Shown: positions 20,279-31,035, counted from the stretch's first letter. The stretch is DNA of 64,000 nucleotides from Candidatus Latescibacterota bacterium (GCA_965205975.1 OZ242195.1:5312001-5376000); one strand, 5' to 3'. Notes: generated by a model from the sequence alone, not told the origin. Program-made: numbers and translations.

Positions 20279-22032
20279 TGGAAGAAGAGGAAATTGGTCA
20301 TAAGGGTTTTGATCTGCGTTTGATGGCGCGGTTGTTGAACTTTCTCAGGCCCTACGCCTGGTGGGTTATCCTCACGTTTGTGCTCATTATTGTCGCAGCG
20401 GTTGTGCGGCAGGCCGGGCCTTATTTGACCAAGATTGCGGTGGATGATTATATCGTGCCGGGAGATGTGGATGGGTTGACCTATCTGGTCATGCTCTATG
20501 TCGGTCTGCTTGTCGCGCAATTTGGCGTGGGATATTGCCAGAGTTGGACGACCAATATGATCGGGCAATGGGCGATGCACGATGTGCGGTTGCAGATTTT
20601 CATGCATTTGCAGCGGTTGCCCATGCGATATTTCGACCGCACGCCTGTGGGTCGTTTGATGGCGCGCAATACAAATGATGTGGATGCCCTCAACGAGTTG
20701 TTTACCGATGGCATTGTGTCGATGATCAGCGATATTTTTACGATTATCACCATTCTCGCATACATTTTTTATATGGATGTCACGCTCGGCGCGCTGATCT
20801 GTCTCGCATTGCCCGTGGCTTTTGTCGCAACCGTATGGCTGCAGAATAAGACCTTTTTTGCGTATCGCGTTGCGCGTACGCTGTTCGCGCGATTTAGTTC
20901 ATCGCTGCAGGAGACCGTGTCCGGGATGGAGGTGGTGCAGTTATTTGGTTGTGAAGATCGCTGTGTGAAGCGGTTTGAGGATCCGAATAAAGAGTATCTG
21001 GATGCGCGGTTACAGAGTTCGTTTTACCATGCGATTTATTTTCCGATTATGGAGTTGGGCGGTGTTTTGTTGTCCGCATTGGTGTTGTGGTATGGCGGCG
21101 TGCGGGTGCTCGACGGGGAAATCCAGTGGGGCGTGCTCGTGGCGATGTTGCAGTATGTTCCGCGGTTTTTTATGCCCCTCCGCGATATTGCCGATCGCTT
21201 TACTGTGCTTCAGGTTGCGATGGCGTCTTCAGAGCGCATTTTTGAGTTGCTGGATACAAAGCCAGAATCACTTGGCGGCACTGTGAAGGCCGATCACTTG
21301 AAGGGCGAGATCGAGTTTCAAAATGTCTGGTTTGCGTACAACGAAGGCGAATGGGTGTTGCGCGATGTGTCTTTTCGCGTTGCGCCGGGGCAGAGTTTGG
21401 CATTGGTTGGGGCGACGGGCGCGGGTAAGAGTACGGTGATCGGTCTGGTGTGTCGGTTCTACGATATTCAGCGGGGTGCGATTCTGGTGGATGGTGTCGA
21501 TATTCGCGAGTGGGATGTGGAGGAGCTTCGCAGACGCATTGGGGTCGTGCAACAGGATGTTTTTCTTTTTGCTGGCGATATTGAAGACAATATTAGCCTG
21601 GGACATCCGCGCATTAGCCGCCAGGAGGTCGAGCAAGCCGCGCGCGATGTCAATGCGGACCGGTTTATCGACAAGTTGCCCGATACATATCAGCACGAGG
21701 TCCTGGAGCGGGGCAGTTCGCTTTCGGTTGGTCAGCGTCAGTTGATATCTTTTGCGCGTACCCTGGCTTCTGGACCGGATATTCTCATTCTGGATGAGGC
21801 GACGGCGAATGTGGATACGGAGACCGAGATGTGGATTCAGGATGCGGTGGCAAAATTGATGCGGTCGCGGACTTCGATTGCGATTGCACACCGTCTTTCT
21901 ACCATTCGAAATGCGGATAATATTCTGGTGATGCACCGCGGGCAAATTCGAGAGGAAGGCGACCACGATACGCTGCTCCAGCAGAATGGGATCTATGCTC
22001 GGCTTTATCAGTTGCAGTATCAAGAGGAATAG
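20278..22032 (+). CDS. ABC exporter, fused permease/ATPase (MdlB-like subunit)
   Basis: GATGAGKST, LSVGQRQ, ILILDEAT; coupled to preceding gene. Confidence 0.92.
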   Translation: MEEEEIGHKGFDLRLMARLLNFLRPYAWWVILTFVLIIVAAVVRQAGPYLTKIAVDDYIVPGDVDGLTYLVMLYVGLLVAQFGVGYCQSWTTNMIGQWAMHDVRLQIFMHLQRLPMRYFDRTPVGRLMARNTNDVDALNELFTDGIVSMISDIFTIITILAYIFYMDVTLGALICLALPVAFVATVWLQNKTFFAYRVARTLFARFSSSLQETVSGMEVVQLFGCEDRCVKRFEDPNKEYLDARLQSSFYHAIYFPIMELGGVLLSALVLWYGGVRVLDGEIQWGVLVAMLQYVPRFFMPLRDIADRFTVLQVAMASSERIFELLDTKPESLGGTVKADHLKGEIEFQNVWFAYNEGEWVLRDVSFRVAPGQSLALVGATGAGKSTVIGLVCRFYDIQRGAILVDGVDIREWDVEELRRRIGVVQQDVFLFAGDIEDNISLGHPRISRQEVEQAARDVNADRFIDKLPDTYQHEVLERGSSLSVGQRQLISFARTLASGPDILILDEATANVDTETEMWIQDAVAKLMRSRTSIAIAHRLSTIRNADNILVMHRGQIREEGDHDTLLQQNGIYARLYQLQYQEE

Positions 22033-22068
22033 GGGATCGTCTGTTCTTTATTTTCAAGGAGGTACACC

Positions 22069-22950
22069 ATGTTATTCGGAGAAGGCGATTATCGGTACGA
22101 GGAAGTTGAGGGATGGGCGAAGTTGCCCGAGGGATGGGTGTTTACGCAGGTGTCGGATGCTGCGGTGGATTCACAGGGCCGCATTTACGCCTTTACGCGC
22201 GGGATTCATCCCGTGGTTGTGTTTGATAAGGATGGCAATTTTATTACGTCGTGGGGGTATGGCGATTTTGGTATTTCGCCGAATTTGATCAGTCAGTCAC
22301 ACGGTATTTTTATCGATCCGGATGATAAGGTGTTTTTGACCGATTCGTTTCAGCATATTGTCAGGCGTTATACCCGTTTGGGCGAGTTGGAGCGCGAATG
22401 GGGCAATCGCGGGGTTCCGGGTCCGACGTTTCACCGCAGGGAATACAATATGCCTACGGGGGTTGCTTATGCGCCAGATGGCAATTCGTTTTACGTGTCG
22501 GATGGGTATGGCAGCCGGTGTGTGCACAAGTATTCGCGCGAGGGCGAGCATATCGGGGTGTGGGGCGAAGGGGGGAGTGGGCCGGGGCAGTTTGCATTGG
22601 TACACAATATCGGGTGCGATAAGACCGGGCGGGTTCTGGTGTGTGACCGGGAGAATAACCGCATTCAGATTTTCGATCCAGATGGGAAGTTTATGGAGAT
22701 GTGGACAGATGTGATGATGCCGGGCGATGTGTGGATTACGGACGACAATACGATTTATGTGGCAGAGCAAGGGGGCGGGGGACGCATTAGCGTGTGGTCT
22801 GCTGATGGGGAGTTGATTTGCCGCTTTCAAGATCAGAGTGCTGTGCAGTCGCCGCACGGGCTTTGCGTGGATGACGAGGGCAGTATTTATGTGGCTGAGA
22901 TCGGTATGGAGGGAAAGGGACAGCGGTTGCAGAAGTTTGCGAGGGTTTAG
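22069..22950 (+). CDS. NHL-repeat beta-propeller protein (PAL-like)
   Basis: Repeated HGIFID / PTGVAY / HNIGCD / PHGLCVD blades, DRENNRIQIFD. Confidence 0.82.
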   Translation: MLFGEGDYRYEEVEGWAKLPEGWVFTQVSDAAVDSQGRIYAFTRGIHPVVVFDKDGNFITSWGYGDFGISPNLISQSHGIFIDPDDKVFLTDSFQHIVRRYTRLGELEREWGNRGVPGPTFHRREYNMPTGVAYAPDGNSFYVSDGYGSRCVHKYSREGEHIGVWGEGGSGPGQFALVHNIGCDKTGRVLVCDRENNRIQIFDPDGKFMEMWTDVMMPGDVWITDDNTIYVAEQGGGGRISVWSADGELICRFQDQSAVQSPHGLCVDDEGSIYVAEIGMEGKGQRLQKFARV

Positions 22951-22996
22951 GGTTTTCAGGTAACTACAACATAGCGAGGTCGTTTACTTTTTGTTT

Positions 22997-23740
22997 ATGG
23001 CTACACCAAATCGCATTCTCGAGCGTTATCGCAATGGCGAAAAAGCCGTTGGCGTGCAGATGAGTTTTGTTTCGGAAATTGTGATCGAAGTCGCGGCTAA
23101 GATGGGGATGGATTTTATTTCGCTGGATGGGCAGCACGGCGCATTGACGCTGCCGACTATTGAGACGGTCTGTCGCCTTTGCGATGCTTATGGTATGACG
23201 CCTACTATGCGGGTTGTGGATCAGTCCGAGGCGGCTATTTTAACGGCGCTGGACCGGGGCATGCAGATGATTACGGTGCCCAATTTGCAGACTGCTGAAG
23301 AGGCCGAGCGGATTGTCCAGTTTGGTTTTTACGGGCCTTTGGGACGGCGGAGCGCGATGAGCCAGCGCGTGGCTTATGGTTTGAATGATACCAGCGATAG
23401 TCGGAAGATTTTTGAGTTTACCAATGACAATACCATTATTGTACCGCAGCTCGAGAGCAAGACGGCTTTTGATAATTTGGATGAGATTCTTCAGGTTGAC
23501 GGGCTTATGTTTTTCGCGGGCGGTCCGCAAGATATCGCGCAGTCCATGGGGTATCCCGGAGAGCCGAATCATCCAGAGTGCATAGCGGCGTATGAGGCGG
23601 CGTGTGATAAAGTGCGTGCGGCGGGAAAGCACATGAGTGGCGATGTGATGGTTAGTTTGGATGCCTTTGGGGCGATCTACGATGCGGGGAAGGCGTTGCT
23701 CGAAGCACACGGCCGCGAGTGCGGTATGAAGATTGGTTGA
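22997..23740 (+). CDS. HpcH/HpaI aldolase family protein
   Basis: LDGQHG, P.G.RS, PQLES, GPQDIAQSMG motifs. Confidence 0.82.
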   Translation: MATPNRILERYRNGEKAVGVQMSFVSEIVIEVAAKMGMDFISLDGQHGALTLPTIETVCRLCDAYGMTPTMRVVDQSEAAILTALDRGMQMITVPNLQTAEEAERIVQFGFYGPLGRRSAMSQRVAYGLNDTSDSRKIFEFTNDNTIIVPQLESKTAFDNLDEILQVDGLMFFAGGPQDIAQSMGYPGEPNHPECIAAYEAACDKVRAAGKHMSGDVMVSLDAFGAIYDAGKALLEAHGRECGMKIG

Positions 23741-23748
23741 ATTGAGAG

Positions 23749-25164
23749 GTGCATTTGTCCAAGGCACAGGTTGAATCCGGGGAGGCGGAACCGCTGTCTC
23801 CTCGGGCGGCCCGGCGCGTGTTGATTAGCCTGATGTTTTCGTCTATGCTGATGCCTATGGTGTCTGGCATGTCGCGGGTTGCGCTGCCGGTTATTCGGGA
23901 TGATTTTGGGATTCCCGCGGATTTGACGGCGTGGGTTCTGGCAGCTTTTATGCTGCCTTTTGTCGTTTTGATGCCGATTTATGGGCGTTTGAGCGATGGC
24001 GTTGACCGGCGGCTGTTGATTCTGCTGGGGACTGTGATTTTTGGCGTTGGTTCTGCGATGACATTTCTGGCGCCGAATATGCGCTGGTTGATGGCCGGGC
24101 GTGCGATTCAGGGTATTGGCGTGGGGGGAATGACGCCGATGGGTATGGCGTTGCTTGTGTCGATTTTTAGTGCGGGAGAGCGCGGGCGCGTTCTGGGTAC
24201 GTGGAGTGCGGTGGGTCCGGCGATGAGTTTTTCGTCGTCGTTTGTCGCGGGTATTCTCATTGCGCTTTGGGGGTGGCGCGCCGCTTTTGTGCCGGGGCTT
24301 TTGCTCAGTGTTGTGACTTTTGTCGCGATTTACAGGGGGGTGCCTTCTCAGGTGATTGGGGAGGCGTCCAAATTTTTGCGGCAGTTTGATTGGGGTGGGG
24401 TCGGGTTGTTGTCGGGTGGGATTGTGTTTTTGATGTTTTACCTGTCCAGCCGGTCTGTGACGGGGGTTGCCCCTTTTGAGGATTGGCGATTGCTTTTGGG
24501 CGCGGGGTTGTTTTTCACGGGTTTCTGGTGGTGGGAAAGAGGGCGGAGAGATCCTTTTCTTCCGCTCAATTTTTTTGGCAATCGCATGTTTTGCCGGGTG
24601 ACGTTTTGCGCTTCGATGCGGATGTTTGTGCAGGGCGGTATTGGGGTGTTGATGCCGCTGTATCTGGTTGATGTTCACCGCATGGGTCCGGCACTGTTGG
24701 GCGTGTTTTTGATTATTAGCTCTGCGGCGATGACGCTGATTGTGCGGTTTGGCGGGCAGATGTCCGATCGTTTTCAGAGTCGGTGGCTGGTGATGATTGG
24801 GATGTTTGTGCAGTTGACGGTGATGCTGGGTTTTGCACATTTGCCAGATACTGTCTCGACATGGGTTATTGCTGGCTTGCTGGCGTATTATGGGCTTGGA
24901 GCGGGGTTGATGCTGGCGGCATTGCACAGTACGGTTATGGGGACTGTCGATTCAAATCAGATGGGGGCTGCTGCAGGGCTTTATAGTATGCTGCGGTTTA
25001 TGGGGATGGCGATCAGTACGGCACTGGTCGGGGTGGTGTTGCAATTTTTTTTCGATGCAAATCTGGCTACACTCGACGCGTATCAGAAGGTGTTTATGGT
25101 GCTTGCGATATTTCCCGTTCTGGGGATGGCGGTGGGGTTTGGGTTGCGGGAAAAGAGGTTGTGA
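23749..25164 (+). CDS. MFS transporter (DHA2-like)
   Basis: GRLSDGVDRR motif A, GRAIQGIG, ~14 hydrophobic helices. Confidence 0.88.
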   Translation: MHLSKAQVESGEAEPLSPRAARRVLISLMFSSMLMPMVSGMSRVALPVIRDDFGIPADLTAWVLAAFMLPFVVLMPIYGRLSDGVDRRLLILLGTVIFGVGSAMTFLAPNMRWLMAGRAIQGIGVGGMTPMGMALLVSIFSAGERGRVLGTWSAVGPAMSFSSSFVAGILIALWGWRAAFVPGLLLSVVTFVAIYRGVPSQVIGEASKFLRQFDWGGVGLLSGGIVFLMFYLSSRSVTGVAPFEDWRLLLGAGLFFTGFWWWERGRRDPFLPLNFFGNRMFCRVTFCASMRMFVQGGIGVLMPLYLVDVHRMGPALLGVFLIISSAAMTLIVRFGGQMSDRFQSRWLVMIGMFVQLTVMLGFAHLPDTVSTWVIAGLLAYYGLGAGLMLAALHSTVMGTVDSNQMGAAAGLYSMLRFMGMAISTALVGVVLQFFFDANLATLDAYQKVFMVLAIFPVLGMAVGFGLREKRL

Positions 25165-25344
25165 AATAGTTTACAGGATAAGCATATTATACGTTATTGC
25201 GACACCAAAACTACGATATGAATGGATGGCAAGTTATCGGCAAAGACTGTTTCTGAAAGAGTTAAAAGCGTTCTGTTGGCATCACTGATACTGGTAATAC
25301 CGTCGGTAAGAATGACGTATAGAGTGGGGGCGACCTCTTTGGCC

Positions 25345-25779
25345 TTATTGTGACACTAAAATTACCAGCCTTATAGATGATAGATTGTCGGCAAAAACTC
25401 TTTGTGCAAGATTTAAGATCAATAAGCCCGGATCAGTAAGAACTAAAACACCGTTACTAAGGACAACACTGAAATTTTGAGCAAGATAATCAAGAGGAAC
25501 GTATATTTCTGCGCCACTGAGCATTCCCTTGATATAAACCAACCGAAAACTCGTTGGCGTTATCCGACTATCTGCTATTAAAATTTGGTTGTCCTCATCA
25601 TACGAGGATCTAGAAAATGCAAGCTCAATAGCGACTTCATCTCTTCGAGGCCCTGGAGGGCCTTGATCCCCCTGTGGGCCTTGTGGGCCAGTAGGTCCCG
25701 CTGGCCCCATTGGACCTTCACACGCGCCAAAGCTAAAGGCTAACAAAACGAACAAAAAAAAGCGCAGAAAATCCACCAT
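25345..25779 (-). CDS. Lipoprotein with short collagen-like (Gly-X-Y)n segment
   Basis: Lipobox FGAC followed by EGPMGPAGPTGPQGPQGDQGPPGP. Confidence 0.75.
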   Translation of the reverse strand: MVDFLRFFLFVLLAFSFGACEGPMGPAGPTGPQGPQGDQGPPGPRRDEVAIELAFSRSSYDEDNQILIADSRITPTSFRLVYIKGMLSGAEIYVPLDYLAQNFSVVLSNGVLVLTDPGLLILNLAQRVFADNLSSIRLVILVSQ

Positions 25780-25930
25780 ACCCCTCCTTGTTGTATATAA
25801 ATCTAGAAAAAAGAACCGACAAGAATGCACAGGTATGCATTCTAAAATGATATTCTCTCTATGTCAAGCTCGTTGTCGATCATCTTGCTCACTCGTGATC
25901 CAACTAACAGCGTTGCAAAATATTAAAAAC

Positions 25931-25962
25931 AAAAAGCCGGGGGTATAAACCCTCGGCTTTTT
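25931..25962. terminator. Intrinsic terminator downstream of dndE
   Basis: AAAAAGCCGGGGGT-ATAA-ACCCTCGGCTTTTT. Confidence 0.7.
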
Positions 25963-25987
25963 ATTTTGATCTGATGACTTTTAAAAA

Positions 25988-26353
25988 TCATTTCCGTGGT
26001 AAGAGTCGCTGGAGGTCACTTAAGTCCTTGCAGTTTTGATAAAGTGTTAGAACCCCGCGATTGAGATGTGCTCGGAAATAGTCCTCTAAACCATTCTCGG
26101 TATCTAATCCATCATTGAAACAGCGTTGTTTCAATAGAGCGACAAAGAGGCTGTCCCATTCACCTGTTAGTGTATATCGGTTGAACTCCTGCCCATCTTC
26201 GGGATAAACATCTGCGTTGGGCAGACCGCTCTCTCGAAGCGACAGGCAGAAACCGATCCGGCATAAGATATTTGGGGTTAATCCCGTTCTGCCTTTTAAA
26301 TGTCTAAGCCGGTTGGAGGCTTCCAAGCAGAGCTTGATCTTGTTGAGTTTCAT
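25988..26353 (-). CDS. dndE: DNA phosphorothioation protein DndE
   Basis: LKGRTGLTPNILCRIGFCLSL, EFNRYTLTGE, HLNRG; follows dndD. Confidence 0.92.
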   Translation of the reverse strand: MKLNKIKLCLEASNRLRHLKGRTGLTPNILCRIGFCLSLRESGLPNADVYPEDGQEFNRYTLTGEWDSLFVALLKQRCFNDGLDTENGLEDYFRAHLNRGVLTLYQNCKDLSDLQRLLPRK

Positions 26354-28376
26354 GATCGGCCTCTCTGTGTTTCCAAAAATAACCTTCGGATGCTGAGGAT
26401 GATTCAGTCTCAGGATTGTATTGCAGGTGGTATGCGTGAGAAATGAAGGGATTCAGTGCTTTGATATACTCCTGATCAATTTCCGTGTCGGTAGAAAGAA
26501 TGATAACCTGGTGACTGGCTTTCGAAAAATAGCACTCTATCAGGTTGCGACGATGGTCACTGTCAAGTCTTCCGAGAGGTGTGTCGATAATTACGGGTAG
26601 CGGGCGTCCTGATGTTTGTGCCAATGCCCAGAGCATGGAGATGGCGTAGATTTGTTTTTCTCCCGCAGACAACTGCTTTTTGGGAGTGGCGTGACCCTGA
26701 CGATCATAAAGCGTTACAGAGAATGTTTTAGGATCAACTTCAATACGGCGTATCATATCGCTTTTGTGGCAAAGTAGGCCAAAACATTGAGCCACAGCAT
26801 GTTCCAGTTTACGCACTTTTGCTTGTGCCAGTTGATCGAAGTATTCGCCCAGGACTCCCTGAACACCATTGATCAATTTGAGACGATGGTCCATGTCTTC
26901 TTCAAGGGATAGCTCATCCAGTGTTTTTTGATATTCCCGAGTGGTCTCATTAAGTCGGTATTCAAGCTGGCGGATGTCCCTTTCAATGCGATCTGATTTC
27001 GTATAGAGAGATCCCAGGGTCTGATTTAGATCATTCATTTTTTCGATATGCGGGGCAATTGCATCATCATCGGGAATACGCTGTAAGTTCGTTTCGACTT
27101 TTTCGAGTTCGGTCAATGCTTTTTCAAGTTGACGGGTCATTTCAATTACAACGTCACGACTAACTGGCGCGCCGCTTTTGGCCCAATTAATCAATTGAGC
27201 ACCTTCGTCCTGAGAAAAGTTGTGTAAAATTTTAATGGTTTCAAAGTCTTCAGGGGGTTGGAATGCCTCTATGATCATAGAACCAATTCGGTCTATCAGG
27301 TTCTCATTTTCAGCAATTGGGGGTTTTAATATTCCGTCGTTGAGATTTTCCTTTATATCCTTCCAGCGGGTCTGGGCAACATCGCTCACGATATGCCATT
27401 TTTGGACTTCACTCTCACCTTGAACCTGCTGCGTAAGTTGCTCACATAATTCGGGTACCAATGAAAAGGGGAATAGGCGTGCGCATTCTTCTCGGATGCG
27501 GCTTTTACATTGTTCAATTTGTGTGTTTAAAGAAGCGTGTTGAGATTTAAATTCCTGCCGTCTTTGTGCGTATTTTCCACCCGCTACTGCAAATTCGGTT
27601 TCGGCTTCTTCAATTTTAGCCGTTACACGTTGCAAATGTGCTTCAATCTGTGCCCTGTCTTGCCTTAAGGCTGAGAGTTGTTCATCAAGCTCAAATCGTT
27701 TTTTTTCAATATCTTTTAAGCGTTTTTCCGTTGCTCCGTCTTGTGCCTTCTTTTTTTGACGGTTTGAATAAATAGTCAAATCGGATTTCAACTGTTCAAT
27801 GATGTCCAAACTGAGCATTGATTTGACAGATTCTGCCAGGACTGTTCCGCCCTCTTCTTCAGCGAGATTCTGAATTTTCTCACCATCAAAAAAGAAGTGT
27901 TGTGAAACACCGATGGGAACCAGATCATTTAGAAACTCTTGCACTTGTTCTGCTTCAAATAGCTCTTCTCCATTTTCTTCAAGCGTCAATTGTTCTTCAA
28001 TCCCATCTTTTAGGGAGTCCGATTTTTTCCAGGCTCTTTTTACGGTGTAAAGGTGCTGTTCTCCAAACTTGGCGTAGGAAAACGCAAGCTGGATGCTTGT
28101 ATTTTTTAACTTTATACCGCCACCGCCTCTGGGGCGATGTATGCGACCTGCAATGTACTCGCCATAGTCTCGATTGCTCATTCGACTATTAAGTGCATTT
28201 TTGCCATAAAGACAAAGCAGAATGGCTTCGAGGAAGGTGGTTTTTCCAGCCCCGTTTTTGCCACCAAAGAGGATGATTGGACTTGTCTTACGATATTTGG
28301 TCCGCGGTTCAAGATCAAATTCATGTGAACCACAAAAAAGTCCAAAATTTTGGATGGATAGGGTTTTAAAAATCAT
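26304..28376 (-). CDS. dndD: DNA phosphorothioation ATPase DndD (SMC/SbcC-like)
   Basis: GGKNGAGKTT, FFFDGEKI, coiled coil, LSAGEKQ, IIDTPLGRLD, SHQVIILSTDTEI. Confidence 0.94.
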   Translation of the reverse strand: MIFKTLSIQNFGLFCGSHEFDLEPRTKYRKTSPIILFGGKNGAGKTTFLEAILLCLYGKNALNSRMSNRDYGEYIAGRIHRPRGGGGIKLKNTSIQLAFSYAKFGEQHLYTVKRAWKKSDSLKDGIEEQLTLEENGEELFEAEQVQEFLNDLVPIGVSQHFFFDGEKIQNLAEEEGGTVLAESVKSMLSLDIIEQLKSDLTIYSNRQKKKAQDGATEKRLKDIEKKRFELDEQLSALRQDRAQIEAHLQRVTAKIEEAETEFAVAGGKYAQRRQEFKSQHASLNTQIEQCKSRIREECARLFPFSLVPELCEQLTQQVQGESEVQKWHIVSDVAQTRWKDIKENLNDGILKPPIAENENLIDRIGSMIIEAFQPPEDFETIKILHNFSQDEGAQLINWAKSGAPVSRDVVIEMTRQLEKALTELEKVETNLQRIPDDDAIAPHIEKMNDLNQTLGSLYTKSDRIERDIRQLEYRLNETTREYQKTLDELSLEEDMDHRLKLINGVQGVLGEYFDQLAQAKVRKLEHAVAQCFGLLCHKSDMIRRIEVDPKTFSVTLYDRQGHATPKKQLSAGEKQIYAISMLWALAQTSGRPLPVIIDTPLGRLDSDHRRNLIECYFSKASHQVIILSTDTEIDQEYIKALNPFISHAYHLQYNPETESSSASEGYFWKHREADHETQQDQALLGSLQPA

Positions 28377-29830
28377 CTCTGAACGCTTGCCTTTCGCGAT
28401 CGTCGCTTTAATTCCCGTTTAATAGCTTCTTCTTCGGTTTGCCATTCTTCAGCGAGGACTGCTTCGAGCTTTTTGGAGATGTTTGAACGATAGGCCATTC
28501 TATTCATGGATAGCTCGACATCCAGTAGCTTCATGACAAGTTTGGGGGGGATATTTCGTACCTCACAAATTTTTTCTAATATTGAACGATCCTGAGGGGT
28601 AAAACTCCCGGTGTCATCTTCGACCCAGATCAGGTCATCGCCCATAACCTCCCGGTAGATTTTGGGTACACTGTCTTCCCAATCCTGTTCTTCCATCCGC
28701 CAGATTCGTCTAATTTCATTTAATTCTTCGGGATGAATGAGTGTGGCATTCGGGTCGGGTCCATTCTCACGCACTGATTGTTGTGCTTGTAAAACCATGC
28801 GTAAAATTTCTTGCCTAACTTTCAAAAAATAAGGACCGGGAACGACCTTTTGTTCGTTGCTACGATCCAGCATAATACGTCCATTGCGACGTTTGTAGTC
28901 TCTGAAGTCTCGTTTCTTTTCCGGGTCTTGAGTTGCTGCCAACCAATCGCGCAATTCCAGCAGTGGCTCCATCCAGTATTCGCCATTATCAATCATTGAC
29001 TCCATTGCCTTGTCTTGGGTTACGACTGTACAGACCCAACAGCCAAAGCGACTGTTTCCACAAGAAGGCGTTGTGGTGTCAATAACAAGGGGACATTCGC
29101 CGGCCTGGGAGTTCTTGTAGAGTGCAACGAGGTCTCGGTTGTTATTGCCCCAGGGAGATTTCCACTGGAGCAAATAGGTCCAGACATCGTTGGTGGTGAA
29201 GTTTTCGATTGGCGTGTACACGTAAGCACGCGGCAGTGTTGAATGCCGTTTAAGCAGATTGCCCGTGATTTTGTGCAAGTTCATAACCTGAGCACGGGTT
29301 GCACTTTCGTCACTGCGTACTCCGAGTACCATAATGACTTCGCCGTATTCTGCCACACGCTCTAAAATGAATCGATTGGCGGGATCAATTTTCATTCGCT
29401 CTGTACACCAGCGAAATGTTGTTGTAGGTGCGGGATAGCCGCGGCCAATGAGGTTCGTCCAAAAGCTATCTTCCATAAGCGGCATAACTTTTTCGGCCTG
29501 AAAAGGCATGTCTTGGATTTTGGCTACTTCGTTAATTCGATTCAGTGTGTTGTCGATGTAATCCACGATAACAGGTGTTTCGACCAGTGTGTCGGATGAG
29601 ATTACAAAGATCATTTTTCCCCGTTTTTCACGCGGGAGTTCAGATATGGCATACCATATCGCTTGCAAGGCCGTGGTGGAGTCCTTGCCGCCGCTGTATC
29701 CGATAATCCATGGACGATCATCGGATAGATAGAGGTCTCTGATTTCTTCGTAGAGGGCTTTTAGACCTTCGCCGCTTAGATTTGAGACACCATTTAAATT
29801 CTGTTTTCTTATCTCTACCATGGCATTCAT
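28373..29830 (-). CDS. dndC: DNA phosphorothioation protein DndC (PAPS-reductase-like, Fe-S)
   Basis: GYSGGKDS, RWCTERMKIDP, CGNSRFGCWVCT. Confidence 0.95.
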   Translation of the reverse strand: MNAMVEIRKQNLNGVSNLSGEGLKALYEEIRDLYLSDDRPWIIGYSGGKDSTTALQAIWYAISELPREKRGKMIFVISSDTLVETPVIVDYIDNTLNRINEVAKIQDMPFQAEKVMPLMEDSFWTNLIGRGYPAPTTTFRWCTERMKIDPANRFILERVAEYGEVIMVLGVRSDESATRAQVMNLHKITGNLLKRHSTLPRAYVYTPIENFTTNDVWTYLLQWKSPWGNNNRDLVALYKNSQAGECPLVIDTTTPSCGNSRFGCWVCTVVTQDKAMESMIDNGEYWMEPLLELRDWLAATQDPEKKRDFRDYKRRNGRIMLDRSNEQKVVPGPYFLKVRQEILRMVLQAQQSVRENGPDPNATLIHPEELNEIRRIWRMEEQDWEDSVPKIYREVMGDDLIWVEDDTGSFTPQDRSILEKICEVRNIPPKLVMKLLDVELSMNRMAYRSNISKKLEAVLAEEWQTEEEAIKRELKRRSRKASVQR

Positions 29831-30942
29831 TTCCTATTCCGCTTTGGTTTTTCAAAGTTGGCTTCCAGAATAGCTTCCTCTTCGTTTAGGGTAAGGCCAA
29901 GACGTTTTTTTAAGACATTGGTTGTCAGCCTGATATTATCCTGAGACCGGCGAATTTTGCCCAATTCCATTGCTCGTCCTTCCCATAATGCTTCATTACG
30001 GCGGGACCAATTGATTTTGCTGAGTCGTTTTAATCGCGTTTGCCAATCATTCGGATAGTGTTTGAGTAAGTCAGCACCCGCAATGCCCATGGCCTTGAGC
30101 GCGACGCCGTGAACGTGAAGACAATTCTCTCTGACATCGACAGCAACAACATCCCCATCCGCTATCTGTTGCCATTCGGGAATGTGTGTGGTCATTTCTG
30201 TCCAGAACTCATAAGCACGGGCTTCGTCTTCTTCAAAAACGGGATCTTTTTTATTTTTATCCAGGAGCATTTGAGTGGCCTGATAGATATTGCTCAGGGT
30301 GAAAATTTTGGTAGATCGATTTGAAATTGTTGTCTTTTCGAGTTCGGTGTATGCATTGAATACTGGTACTCTTTGGATCAGATTTCGTACCATCCCGGCC
30401 ATTGGATCGCGTTGGTCGTAGAGTATTCCGAGAGACCGCGTGGGACGCACGGCGTGTTTGTTCAAATCGGCAAACATCTGCTGACTGCGCTTTAAACCAG
30501 CGTCGATAAACAACACGACTGCTATAGTTTCGTCTGCCAATTCGGGACATTCTTCCAATGCCAATTGAAGCGCCGCCCGCCGATGTTGACCATCGTTCAC
30601 AATAAATCTGGCCTCCATTGGAACCACGAGCGTACCAATATTGCGATTACCACCTCGTTCTGCAACTGGTATAAATTCGATATCCCCATCAACAGAGGCC
30701 GTGATTGCAGAGAAACAATAATTATCGTTGTTTTCGATGATATATCGCGCAATTTCCGGCACTCGTGATTGATTCAAAACGCGCTGGGCACGCATCTCCG
30801 CTGGCACTTCGCCCTTTTCATCAAAACAAAAAAGCCTCGTGATGAACCTGATAGGACACATAACGAGGTAATATTCGCGTTTTGCTTGAATGCCACGAAT
30901 CGCAGGAAAAGAGACTGTAAAGTCCAAATCTGCTAAGTTCAT
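29827..30942 (-). CDS. dndB: DNA phosphorothioation regulator DndB
   Basis: FPAIRGIQAKREYY, RAQRVLN, NDGQHRRAA, QQMFADLN; stop overlaps dndC start. Confidence 0.92.
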   Translation of the reverse strand: MNLADLDFTVSFPAIRGIQAKREYYLVMCPIRFITRLFCFDEKGEVPAEMRAQRVLNQSRVPEIARYIIENNDNYCFSAITASVDGDIEFIPVAERGGNRNIGTLVVPMEARFIVNDGQHRRAALQLALEECPELADETIAVVLFIDAGLKRSQQMFADLNKHAVRPTRSLGILYDQRDPMAGMVRNLIQRVPVFNAYTELEKTTISNRSTKIFTLSNIYQATQMLLDKNKKDPVFEEDEARAYEFWTEMTTHIPEWQQIADGDVVAVDVRENCLHVHGVALKAMGIAGADLLKHYPNDWQTRLKRLSKINWSRRNEALWEGRAMELGKIRRSQDNIRLTTNVLKKRLGLTLNEEEAILEANFEKPKRNRK

Positions 30943-30956
30943 GATTTTCAGAGCCT

Positions 30957-30993
30957 TTTGGAAGTTTGTTTTTCTTGTTTGGAAGTTTGTTTT
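30957..30993. promoter_or_regulatory. Two 16-bp direct repeats (TTTGGAAGTTTGTTTT), 21-bp period; candidate operator
   Basis: Copies at 30957-30972 and 30978-30993 between the predicted promoter and dndB start. Confidence 0.55.
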
Positions 30994-31006
30994 ATTATTC
31001 AAAAGG

Positions 31007-31035
31007 AGTTTAAACACTATCTCTATAAAAGTCAA
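31007..31035 (-). promoter_or_regulatory. Predicted sigma-70 promoter for dndBCDE
   Basis: TTGACT-17 nt-TAAACT on the minus strand. Confidence 0.55.

Noticed and set aside
23677..24927. 416-aa antisense ORF, and similar long antisense ORFs at 19139-20152, 54274-55434 and 57584-58885
   Set aside because: They shadow well-supported genes on the opposite strand and have H/Q/R/P-biased, motif-less translations typical of antisense frames.
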